Positions 17,678 to 25,915 of a stretch of 64,000 bases of DNA are shown in pieces. The stretch's first letter is position 1; the number at the start of each line of letters is the position of its first letter. The DNA lies in assembly GCA_963628035.1 (NCBI GenBank), contig CAVGED010000015.1, forward strand, positions 1,397 to 65,396, given 5' to 3'. A program made the translations under genes and the position numbers. This stretch comes from Paludibacteraceae bacterium. Its GTDB lineage: Bacteria > Bacillota > Clostridia > Lachnospirales > Lachnospiraceae. The notes under the pieces were generated by a model. That model saw only the letters and a program-made list of their open reading frames with translations, was not told where the DNA came from and did no database searches.

Positions 17678-20600
17678 CTACTCTCCATCCTCCAGCTGCT
17701 CAAAATCCTTCTTCTCAAACTCCTGAATGGAGATACTCTTCTTATTCGGATTGGCAAAAACAAAGGTCTTGTCCACATTTTCCAGATAATTCTGGATCTT
17801 GTCATTGGTGGCACTGATGATGACCTGGAAGCCAAGGCTTCGGATCAGGCCGATACAGCTGGCCACCTTCTCGCCGTCCATCTTGGAAAAAGCCTCGTCC
17901 AGCACCACCAGGCGGATGGTCGGATTCCGAAGGAGCCTTGACGGCATATTGATACGATAGGCCTGGGCGAAGCTGGCAAGAAGCGCTACGTACAGGGGGT
18001 TCTGACCCTCACCGCCGGAATTCTTCTTAAGCATCTTAGAGAGCTTCAGCTTAATCTGCCCCTCCTCGCTTCGGATGATCTGCTGCATATCGAAGGACAG
18101 ATAGGTGCGGTAATCCGCATACTTCTCCATGTTCCGTCTGGCTTCCTCCTGCTCCTCATTGCTGGCATCCGCCGGCGGGATGAACACGCTCATCAGCTCG
18201 TTTAACAGCTCCCCGTACTTCTGTCCATGCTCTATGGAGAAGAGATTCATCTGTTCCTCCATATTGTCTGACAACTGATCCGGGCTGATCTCCAGGGACT
18301 TATCCATGAACATGTCATAATACTTTCCATCTTCCCCGTGGTTCCTGGTAAAAACAAACTGATACTTATCTTTACCGAAATCCAGCTTGTCGATGATCCG
18401 GTTCAGCTCATCCTTCCGATCCATGGCGTCCTTGATGGCACTGCGGATCTTGTAGATAAAGTCATTCTGGAAATGCTGCACGGCGGACTTGGCCTGTTCC
18501 CTGGCCAACTGCTGGTACTTCGAAAGCTCCGTAAACTGCAATTCCTCAAGAACTCTGTCATATTCCCGGTTATCCTGACTAAACTGGGAGAATCCGCGGT
18601 TGGGGTACGCCTTCAGGTAGCTTCCTCTTGTCTCCGCCAGTCGCTGGAACAACTGTTCCTTCTCCTGTCCGGCATTTTCCTTCTTGGCAATAAAGCGTCG
18701 CTTCAACTGTTCAGAGGAGAAACGGTTCTCCTTAGCGACAATCTCAGAAAATTCCTGTTCCAAGGCTTCGACCAGCGTCCCGGAAGACTCCTGTCCCGGC
18801 TCCTGTTCCGGTGCCGCGCCGGACTTCTCCACCATAGGAATCACATTCTCTCTGAATTCCTTCTCCAACTGGGTCAGAAGTTCAATCCCCTCGATGCGCT
18901 TCTGCTTGTCTTCCTCCAGGGTGCGCTTTAAGAGTGCCGTTTTTTCCAGATGACCTTTGAGTCTCTCATCGGCTCTGCGAAGCTCTTCCTCCACATTCTC
19001 CTTCTGCTGCTTCAGTCTGGCCACATCCTTCTTCTGAAGCTCCAGGATCCGCTGCTCCAGACGTTGCTTCTCCTTTTCCTTGGCCTTGCTTTCCCGGATA
19101 TCGGAAAGCCATTCCATATATTCGTAAGGTTCCTTTCCCAGCTGCTCCATGGAGAGCATTGCCACGAATTCGCCCTGCTGTGACAGCTTGGGGGAAAGCT
19201 TTGATTCCAGCCCGGAAAGCTGCTTCTTCAAGAGGGAGATCCGGCGCTTCAAGCTCTCCGCACCGATATAGGCTCCTCTGGTGTAATTATGCGGATTCAT
19301 ATGGGACAGCTTGTAGCCCTGGTACAGCAGGCAGTTGTCCATGACAGCCACCGGATACTCCCGCATCTCCTCAATGGTATCGCACTTTATCACGTTTCCA
19401 AGGAGATAATTCAGATAGCTCTGCACATAGGATTCCTTTGCCTTCACGGCTTCGGACAGAGCATTCTCCCGCACCCGATGCTCCTTCTGAAGAATTTTCT
19501 CTGTATCCAGAACCGCTGTCCGGTAATATTTGCTGCTGTCCAGCTCCCGATAGATCTCCATGGCATCCCTGGCATACTTAGGCTCCACCACCAGCAACAG
19601 CTTGTTGTTGCCCATGTAGCCCTCCACCGCGTTGCGCCAGCGCTCTTCCTTAATATCGATAAGATCCGCCAGAACTTCCACGCGCACAGCCTTACCGAGG
19701 CGCTTCACCAGTCCCTGGTACAGGAACTGTCTGGCCTCCGTGACCTCCCTGGGATAGACCTTGCTTCCGGTGTGAAGCTCCGCAAGCTCTCCCTGGATCT
19801 GCTTCATCTCTCCCCGCAGGCTGCGTATCTCTCCATCCAGTTCGTTCTTCTCCTCCTTCACCTCATTCATCAGCTGGGCGATGTCAGCCTTCAATTCGGC
19901 AAGCTGATCATCCTCGATCTCATAGGAAGCAAACCGCTTGATGTTCCAGAGGATGGCATTGCTGGCCATGTCATTGTCATTCCACGCCTTTAATCGTCCC
20001 GCTGTCTCATCCCAGCGCGCCCGGCTCTTCTCCATGCGCTCCAGCAGCTGATTCACGCCTTCCAGACGCTCCGCAGCCTCCTGATAGCCGGTCTCCGCGA
20101 TCAGTCGGATCAATTCCTCCTTCTTTCCGTTCAGTTCCTCCTTCTCCGCCTCCAGTCCGGTCAGGCTTTCCGCCAGTGCTTCAAGATCCTTCTCATGCAG
20201 ATCGGCCTTCTGCTCCAACTCTGCCAGCGCCTCCTTCTGCTGAAGAATCTCGAATTTTCTTGCGAAATAGTCGTATTTTTCCAGTTCCTTCTGCTTATCC
20301 TCCACCAGCAGATACTTCTCCTGCACCTCGGTAAGGGCATCAATTTCCTCCGCCGTATCCGCGATCTTCTTCTGCATACGGCCATACTGCATGACGCTCT
20401 CCTGCATATCCTCGATATGGATATCCTGCTCCATGCAGATATATTCCTTCACGAAGTCCTCCAGCCTGCTGTTCATCTTGAAGGGAATCGCCCGCTTAAA
20501 CAGCATGGGGAACTTCTCCATGTCCAGTCCGCCTAGATAGATATCGTAGAGTCTGCGCCGGAAGGACTCATTCCGGGATGTCGTATAGAAATCTGTCCGG

Positions 20601-21115
20601 TCGAAGCTGCGGGCCAGATATTCCTTGACCTCCTCCGTAGACATGACCCTCCGGTCTATCCGGTAATCGTTTTTCAAAAGCTCGCCCTTGTGCCAGAAAA
20701 AGCACCGTGCGATCTCATTGGTAGCTGTCTCCACATCAAAGACTACGCCCACGCACTGACATTCTCCCGTGTCGCTGTCCTCAAGCTCCAGCACGATGGT
20801 ACTGGAAAAATTCCTGTTTCGCAGGTAAGCACTCTCATTATTGTCCTCGATGTTGATCATACCGCGCAGATATTCGATAAGGTTTCGGTCGGAATCCTCC
20901 GCCGCGGCCTTATTGAAGAAGCCCCGGCCATCGGTATTTGCATACAGCACGATCTGCAGCGCGTCGATGATGGTGGACTTTCCGCTTCCGGAATGTCCGG
21001 TAAAAAAGTTGATCTCCTTGTGAAAGGAAAGTATCTTTTTATCAATATAATGCCAGTTATTGAGGCACATCCGGGACAGCGCCTCAAATCGCTGTCGGTT
21101 CGTCTTCGTTTCCAT
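17678..21115 (-). CDS. jetC: JetC/MksB-like SMC-family ATPase
   Basis: 1145 aa from the ATG at 21115 (GAGGAGG RBS). LNNWHYI plus Walker A GHSGSGKST. Long E/K/L/Q-rich coiled-coil region. Signature SGGEGQ. Walker B VVLDEAF. The track start at 21229 lies inside jetB and lacks an RBS. Confidence 0.8.
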   Translation of the reverse strand: METKTNRQRFEALSRMCLNNWHYIDKKILSFHKEINFFTGHSGSGKSTIIDALQIVLYANTDGRGFFNKAAAEDSDRNLIEYLRGMINIEDNNESAYLRNRNFSSTIVLELEDSDTGECQCVGVVFDVETATNEIARCFFWHKGELLKNDYRIDRRVMSTEEVKEYLARSFDRTDFYTTSRNESFRRRLYDIYLGGLDMEKFPMLFKRAIPFKMNSRLEDFVKEYICMEQDIHIEDMQESVMQYGRMQKKIADTAEEIDALTEVQEKYLLVEDKQKELEKYDYFARKFEILQQKEALAELEQKADLHEKDLEALAESLTGLEAEKEELNGKKEELIRLIAETGYQEAAERLEGVNQLLERMEKSRARWDETAGRLKAWNDNDMASNAILWNIKRFASYEIEDDQLAELKADIAQLMNEVKEEKNELDGEIRSLRGEMKQIQGELAELHTGSKVYPREVTEARQFLYQGLVKRLGKAVRVEVLADLIDIKEERWRNAVEGYMGNNKLLLVVEPKYARDAMEIYRELDSSKYYRTAVLDTEKILQKEHRVRENALSEAVKAKESYVQSYLNYLLGNVIKCDTIEEMREYPVAVMDNCLLYQGYKLSHMNPHNYTRGAYIGAESLKRRISLLKKQLSGLESKLSPKLSQQGEFVAMLSMEQLGKEPYEYMEWLSDIRESKAKEKEKQRLEQRILELQKKDVARLKQQKENVEEELRRADERLKGHLEKTALLKRTLEEDKQKRIEGIELLTQLEKEFRENVIPMVEKSGAAPEQEPGQESSGTLVEALEQEFSEIVAKENRFSSEQLKRRFIAKKENAGQEKEQLFQRLAETRGSYLKAYPNRGFSQFSQDNREYDRVLEELQFTELSKYQQLAREQAKSAVQHFQNDFIYKIRSAIKDAMDRKDELNRIIDKLDFGKDKYQFVFTRNHGEDGKYYDMFMDKSLEISPDQLSDNMEEQMNLFSIEHGQKYGELLNELMSVFIPPADASNEEQEEARRNMEKYADYRTYLSFDMQQIIRSEEGQIKLKLSKMLKKNSGGEGQNPLYVALLASFAQAYRINMPSRLLRNPTIRLVVLDEAFSKMDGEKVASCIGLIRSLGFQVIISATNDKIQNYLENVDKTFVFANPNKKSISIQEFEKKDFEQLEDGE

Positions 21116-21707
21116 CGCTCTCCTCCTCAAAGGATTGTAGTAATTCCTGCACCCGATCACCGAAAAGCACCATGCTGATCGAGGGATATATGATAAGGCG
21201 GCTCTCGCTCTCCAGCTCATCCAGGGCATCTAAGATCTCGATGATCTGATATTTTTTCAGCAGAGTCAGTGTCCGGCGAACCTCTGTTGGCGAAGGCCGT
21301 TCCTTCAGGAGACGAAAACTTCCCATCCGCTCGTTCAACTCGCCCAGGGTGGTATAGATATTCACGCTGGTGGAGGCCTGAGACATCTGCTCGTCATAAA
21401 TGAGCTTTAAGAGCAGCAGATAGATCGTTGCCAGCTTGGTAAGCCGCAATGCCTGAGCATCCTCCCCCACCAGATAGATCACACCGGTTGGCGTGTTCTC
21501 CTTAAGCTCCATGCCAGCCACCTGAAAATATTCCTGCAAGAATTCCAGATGTCTGCAGCAGATACGGTACTCCTTATTAAAAACAAAGCGACTTCCCTTC
21601 TTGTCATATTTCCGTTCCAGCAGGAAGGTCTGCGCAAGCAGCGTGCGTATGATTCCTGTCAGCTGCTCTTTTTCCTCGTCTGAAAGCTCTTCTATATATG
21701 TTATCAT
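21084..21707 (-). CDS. jetB: JetB/MksE-like (DUF4194-type) protein
   Basis: 207 aa with an acidic C-tail. Its size, its position between the JetA-like and SMC-like genes, and its 32-nt overlap with jetC all fit. Family assignment is by architecture and pattern only. Confidence 0.65.
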   Translation of the reverse strand: MITYIEELSDEEKEQLTGIIRTLLAQTFLLERKYDKKGSRFVFNKEYRICCRHLEFLQEYFQVAGMELKENTPTGVIYLVGEDAQALRLTKLATIYLLLLKLIYDEQMSQASTSVNIYTTLGELNERMGSFRLLKERPSPTEVRRTLTLLKKYQIIEILDALDELESESRLIIYPSISMVLFGDRVQELLQSFEEESDGNEDEPTAI

Positions 21708-21776
21708 CTTGACTGCCCTTTCTCTATATTATCGTTCTTTCCATTCCACAGATACCGCTCGTCCACACAATGCGCG

Positions 21777-23141
21777 CTATCCCACATCCTTCTTTATAAA
21801 TGTAAGCTTCGGATAGATATAGGAACCATTATCTACGATCTCCTCCGCGCCGACATCCACCTGGAAGCTGCTGTTCCGCTTGATGGCATAATCATATGCC
21901 AATATCAACTTCTCAAAGTCTTCATCCGTCTTCACGGCTTCCTCGTCGATCTGGACATTCCCGGCCGGATCCATGCGCGCCTCCAGATATTCCTCCAGCT
22001 GTTTTCTGGTAAAACGGTGCTGGATCTTATTGAGCCGCAGAATCTCCTCCTTGGAAAGTTCTTCCCTCTCCTCCTCCGGCTCCAACTGATCGATGAAGTT
22101 CTTCCGGGGGGAGCGTTTCTTATAGAGGGACTTTTCCGCCAGAAGCTGCTGGCTGGACAGATTCATGATAGCCGCCGTCTGCTCCAAGGCCTGCGTGTTA
22201 TCCGTCAGTTCAGACAGATGATTCAGAAGTTCAATGATCAGCCCCTTCATGCTGCCTTCCCCGTTCAGAAGATAGTTTAGTCGCACCACGGTAGCCTTCA
22301 CATACTTCATATTTTCCTTATCCATGTTCGCAATGCGCCGCTCAATATCGTCAAAGCCCCGCTGGATGCGTTCCAGATTCTCCAGGATCTCCGTCTCGCT
22401 GACCTTTCCATGCTCCTTCTTCAGTATCTGCTGCATCCAGGCCTCATCCTGCTGCATCTGTCGGATCCAGTTCTTGATGTCTGTCTTATAGATATAGAAG
22501 TTGTCACTGGTCTTTAAGATGTGATATTTTTTTTCAATAATCTGCGACACATAGCCTTCCAGGTGTTCCTTCAAGAGATCCCCGTAAAAATTCTTCTCCA
22601 GCAGACCGCCAAAGAATCGATCCATATTGTGGAGCATGTTCTGAAGCGAGCGGTTCAACTGCCTGGTATTCACCAGGGCTGTCTTTAGGAGTCGGTAGCT
22701 GGCCCGCTTGTCATTCTGCAAGGAAAACAGGATAGCATAGATATTCTGGATATAGATCTCCGTAACATCCAGTTCATCATCGGTGAGCCGTTCAAAGGCT
22801 TCGATGAAGATAGCCGCATAATCCGGGATGATGATATTGGTCACCTGGGCGTAATAATCCTCCAGCTTCTTCAGCCACTGTGCCCGAAGGAGCCAGTTGA
22901 GGATCCGGTTGGCCGGCGTCTCTAAAAGATCCAGCTCCGTCTCATCCTCCTCCCTGGCCATGGTCAGCTTCTTCTGGGAGAAATAATCGCTGAGGATACG
23001 AATGCAGGACTCTTTACTCAAAAAATAACTGTTGTATTGATATTCTTCGTTTATGATCAGCAGCGCTTCTATGTAAGTATCCCGGTTCGGTGACCGGAAC
23101 AGACCGTAGAAGCGTTCGGGAATCTGATAATGGAATTCCAT
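21777..23141 (-). CDS. jetA: JetA/MksF-like kleisin-type protein
   Basis: 455 aa from the ATG at 23141 (MEFHYQIPERFYGLF...). All-helical composition and first gene of the jetABC-like operon. The track ORF extends to 23486 only because the upstream 54-bp repeat is stop-free in frame. Confidence 0.6.
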   Translation of the reverse strand: MEFHYQIPERFYGLFRSPNRDTYIEALLIINEEYQYNSYFLSKESCIRILSDYFSQKKLTMAREEDETELDLLETPANRILNWLLRAQWLKKLEDYYAQVTNIIIPDYAAIFIEAFERLTDDELDVTEIYIQNIYAILFSLQNDKRASYRLLKTALVNTRQLNRSLQNMLHNMDRFFGGLLEKNFYGDLLKEHLEGYVSQIIEKKYHILKTSDNFYIYKTDIKNWIRQMQQDEAWMQQILKKEHGKVSETEILENLERIQRGFDDIERRIANMDKENMKYVKATVVRLNYLLNGEGSMKGLIIELLNHLSELTDNTQALEQTAAIMNLSSQQLLAEKSLYKKRSPRKNFIDQLEPEEEREELSKEEILRLNKIQHRFTRKQLEEYLEARMDPAGNVQIDEEAVKTDEDFEKLILAYDYAIKRNSSFQVDVGAEEIVDNGSYIYPKLTFIKKDVG

Positions 23142-23157
23142 AACTGTCCTTTCTATA

Positions 23158-23436
23158 AAGCTTCGCGCTTCGGGAAACCCAAACTCCGCTTCGCTACGTT
23201 TGGGTAGCGGAAAGCTTCGCGCTTCGGGAAACCCAAACTCCGCTTCGCTACGTTTGGGTAGCGGAAAGCTTCGCGCTTCGGGAAACCCAAACTCCGCTTC
23301 GCTACGTTTGGGTAGCGGAAAGCTTCGCGCTTCGGGAAACCCAAACTCCGCTTCGCTACGTTTGGGTAGCGGAAAGCTTCGCGCTTCGGGAAACCCAAAC
23401 TCCGCTTCGCTACGTTTGGGTAGCGGAAAGCTTCGC
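23158..23436. repeat. perfect tandem repeat, 54-bp unit x 5.2
   Basis: The unit aagcttcgcgcttcgggaaacccaaactccgcttcgctacgtttgggtagcgga starts at 23158, 23212, 23266, 23320 and 23374, with a partial sixth copy from 23428. The copies look identical by eye. Confidence 0.95.
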
Positions 23437-23444
23437 TTTCCTTC

Positions 23445-23473
23445 ATTATAAACAACTTTACCTCTGCTGGCAA
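23445..23473 (-). promoter_or_regulatory. sigma-A type promoter TTGCCA-17-TATAAT reading into the tandem repeat and jetA
   Basis: Reverse complement reads TTGCCA gcagaggtaaagttgtt TATAAT. The predicted transcription start falls at the edge of the repeat array. Confidence 0.55.
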
Positions 23474-23518
23474 GTTTGGGATACAAAAAATACGGCGAAA
23501 ACTCAAATCAGATTTTCA

Positions 23519-23546
23519 TTGACATTTTTTTCGGATGGATTATAAT
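23519..23546 (+). promoter_or_regulatory. sigma-A type promoter TTGACA-16-TATAAT for the antiporter gene
   Basis: ttgaca tttttttcggatggat tataat, about 30 nt upstream of the ATG at 23576. Confidence 0.6.
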
Positions 23547-23575
23547 AAATAGGTTCGAGCGAAGAAAGGGGAAAT

Positions 23576-24844
23576 ATGTCAATGGAACATTCATTCAATA
23601 TTTTGAACATCTTATATTATCTCGCCATCATTCTGGTAGCGACAAAGGGGTTGGGTGTACTGGCCAGGCGTTGCGGACTGCCTCAGGTGGCAGGCATGGT
23701 CATCGCAGGACTGCTGGTAGGGCCGGCGCTGTTCTCCGGGCTGGACGGCAGCTTTCACGGATTAACGAATCCCTCGGCGGAAGAAATGGATGTGCTAAAT
23801 ACCTTTTCCCAGATCGGGGTCATAATGATTCTATTCACCAGCGGGTTGGAAACTGACCTGAAGGAACTGAAACGCAGCGGTCTGGCGGCGACGCTGATCG
23901 CGCTGTCGGGGGTGCTGGTGCCTATCGGGCTGGGCTTTGTAGGATCCATGTTGTTTATGGACGGGTTCGGCGCCGGATACTGCCACGAGAAAATGCTCAA
24001 CGGTCTGTTCGTCGGCTGCATTCTGGCGGCTACCAGTGTGGGCATCACCGTGGAGACCCTGCGGGAACTTGGAAAGCTTAATACCCGCGTCGGCACCACC
24101 GTGCTCAGTGCCGCCATCATCGACGATGTGATCGGCATTATCGCCCTGAGCCTTATCACCAGTCTGAACGGCGGCAGCAGCGTATGGATCACCCTGTTGA
24201 AAGCAGTTGGGTTCTTCGTATTCTCCATCGGGCTGGGGCTACTCATCCGCTATCTGTTCAAGAAGTTGGAAAAGAGCCATCCCCACACACGGCGCACCGG
24301 GATTTTTTCACTGGCAGTGGCTTTTTTCTATGCATTCTGTGCAGAAAAATACTTTGGCATCGCCGCCATCACCGGCGCCTATATGGCAGGGATTATGCTC
24401 AGCGGTATGGACGATACCGGATTTGTGGATCGGCGTATCGAGATTAGCGAGTATATGTTTTTCGCTCCGCTGTTTTTCGCCTATATCGGAATCAGCGCTG
24501 ATTTCAGTCGGTTCCACTTGGGGGATCTGGTATTCGGGCTGACCTTTGTGGCGCTAGGCATTATCGGAAAGATTGTGGGCTGTAGCGGTATGGCACGGCT
24601 GTGCCGGTATGATAAGAAGGAGGCTCTAACCATCGGCTGTGGGATGATTGCCCGGGGCGAGGTGGCACTGGCGGTGTATACCACCGGTCATGCTCTCATC
24701 TATACGGCGGCAGACGGCACGCTGCTGGGTATTGACCCGCTGGTGGGCATCATCCTGTTGATTATCCTCACCTCCATCCTCTGCCCGGTGTTGCTGAAAC
24801 TCCTGTTCCGGCACAATGGAGCGTCTCAACCTGCAAAAGCGTAA
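23576..24844 (+). CDS. cation:proton antiporter (CPA2, NapA/Kef-like)
   Basis: 422 aa and polytopic. N-terminal LAIILVATKGLGVLARRCGLPQVAGMVIAGLLVGP is typical of CPA2 exchangers. Confidence 0.8.
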   Translation: MSMEHSFNILNILYYLAIILVATKGLGVLARRCGLPQVAGMVIAGLLVGPALFSGLDGSFHGLTNPSAEEMDVLNTFSQIGVIMILFTSGLETDLKELKRSGLAATLIALSGVLVPIGLGFVGSMLFMDGFGAGYCHEKMLNGLFVGCILAATSVGITVETLRELGKLNTRVGTTVLSAAIIDDVIGIIALSLITSLNGGSSVWITLLKAVGFFVFSIGLGLLIRYLFKKLEKSHPHTRRTGIFSLAVAFFYAFCAEKYFGIAAITGAYMAGIMLSGMDDTGFVDRRIEISEYMFFAPLFFAYIGISADFSRFHLGDLVFGLTFVALGIIGKIVGCSGMARLCRYDKKEALTIGCGMIARGEVALAVYTTGHALIYTAADGTLLGIDPLVGIILLIILTSILCPVLLKLLFRHNGASQPAKA

Positions 24845-24850
24845 TCGAAA

Positions 24851-24894
24851 ATGGTACATACCAGAATACACTTCTATGGTATGTACCATTTTTA
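24851..24894. terminator. bidirectional rho-independent terminator
   Basis: 12-bp stem atggtacatacc/ggtatgtaccat, flanked by an A-run and a T-run, between convergent genes. Confidence 0.8.
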
Positions 24895-24907
24895 ATTTAC
24901 GATAATA

Positions 24908-25411
24908 TCATCCCTTCGACTTCGTAGACAACACCTGTCGCGGTTTCTCCGCTTCCGCCTCGTTGTCCCAGGGAAGAACGTCTCCCGGTTCACGCAGATA
25001 TTCCAATAACTGCCATATCCCTTCTCCGGTGTAAGAGCTCACATGAAATACCTCCTGGCACCCCGCCAGCCGCAGCCAGCGTTCCGCCCATTCGGGGTTT
25101 GCTTCCGGCTCATCGATCTGGGTCACAATGCCGATAACCGGGCGACAGGATACCGCTGCCACACAGGGTGGAAACAGTGAATACGGCTCTGTGGCATTGA
25201 TAAGAAGCGCCACTATATCCGCCTCATAGGAATACAGTGCCAGCGCTCGTCCCAGTTTACCGTTCTCCGCATACTCTCCCGGTGTGTCAATGACCACATC
25301 GTAGTGATTGATGTATTGTGTTTTGTGATAATGAATGGTGTCACCCTTTAAGGCCTGACGCAGAGTGGTCTTTCCGCACTCACTGCGCCCCACCAATATA
25401 AGCTTCTTCAT
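24908..25411 (-). CDS. pduV: EutP/PduV-family small GTPase (BMC-associated)
   Basis: MKKLILVGRSECGKTTLRQAL...VIDTPGEY pattern. The ATG at 25411 is preferred over the GTG track start at 25435. Confidence 0.8.
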   Translation of the reverse strand: MKKLILVGRSECGKTTLRQALKGDTIHYHKTQYINHYDVVIDTPGEYAENGKLGRALALYSYEADIVALLINATEPYSLFPPCVAAVSCRPVIGIVTQIDEPEANPEWAERWLRLAGCQEVFHVSSYTGEGIWQLLEYLREPGDVLPWDNEAEAEKPRQVLSTKSKG

Positions 25412-25413
25412 AA

Positions 25414-25755
25414 TTACGTCCTGGTGATCTCGCACACCGTAAAGCCCAGCTTCTCGATCAAATATGTATTAATAGCTGTGATGGCCTCCTCCACGGAGGA
25501 TACGGTTCCGGTGAAGATCAGGGTCCCGCTGAATCGGTCGATAAATCCAAGCTCAATATCTGCACTCTTAATAGCGATATCTCCGGCAATCACTGCGATC
25601 TCCGCAGGACTCATGCTCAGAATACCGATGGCTGCACGGCTGTAGTCCACGCTGGGATCCAGCCCCAGCTTCTTATATACGATGGGATCGGGGCTTGCAA
25701 TGATATGAGCCAGCGTCACCTGCTTGCCTGGAACAAGCTCCTGTACAATTCTCAT
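25414..25755 (-). CDS. pduU: PduU/EutS-family (circularly permuted) BMC shell protein
   Basis: MRIVQELVPGKQVTLAHIIASPDPIVYKKLGL... closely follows the PduU/EutS N-terminal pattern. The ATG at 25755 has a GGAAGGA RBS; the track start at 25800 is TTG. Confidence 0.8.
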   Translation of the reverse strand: MRIVQELVPGKQVTLAHIIASPDPIVYKKLGLDPSVDYSRAAIGILSMSPAEIAVIAGDIAIKSADIELGFIDRFSGTLIFTGTVSSVEEAITAINTYLIEKLGFTVCEITRT

Positions 25756-25915
25756 TTTTCCTTCCTGGGAAGGCGGTAATTGGAATTCCACAAAAATCAA
25801 CTCCTTTTACACATATAATACAACATAAAACAACAAAATACAATAAGAAAATATATTTTTTTATAGGATGGACTGAATTGTTACACTTATGCAGGAATAT
25901 CGCAAACCCGATTGT

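Noticed and set aside
17678-21229. The long (1183-aa) start for the SMC-like gene.
   Set aside because: The first 38 codons lie inside jetB, encode an implausible Trp/Arg/Cys-rich peptide and lack an RBS. The ATG at 21115 follows GAGGAGG and begins just before the conserved NW..Walker A region.
23158-23436. The tandem array could be a CRISPR array.
   Set aside because: The units are contiguous with no unique spacers, the period equals the repeat length (54 bp), and no cas genes are nearby.
21777-23486. The 569-aa ORF-track version of jetA has five 18-aa SFPLPKRSEAEFGFPEAR repeats at its N-terminus.
   Set aside because: The extension exists only because the 54-bp DNA repeat is stop-free in frame. 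Its ATG at 23486 lies upstream of the predicted -35 box and has no RBS. The same DNA is also open in other frames, including on the opposite strand. The ATG at 23141 begins the non-repetitive protein. Translation of the repeats cannot be fully excluded without data.
14600-24850. Calling the block from the regulator to the antiporter a mobile genomic island.
   Set aside because: No integrase, transposase, tRNA or flanking direct repeats were seen. Only the circumstantial split of the BMC genes supports an insertion, so it is reported as a hypothesis under the satellite-locus finding.
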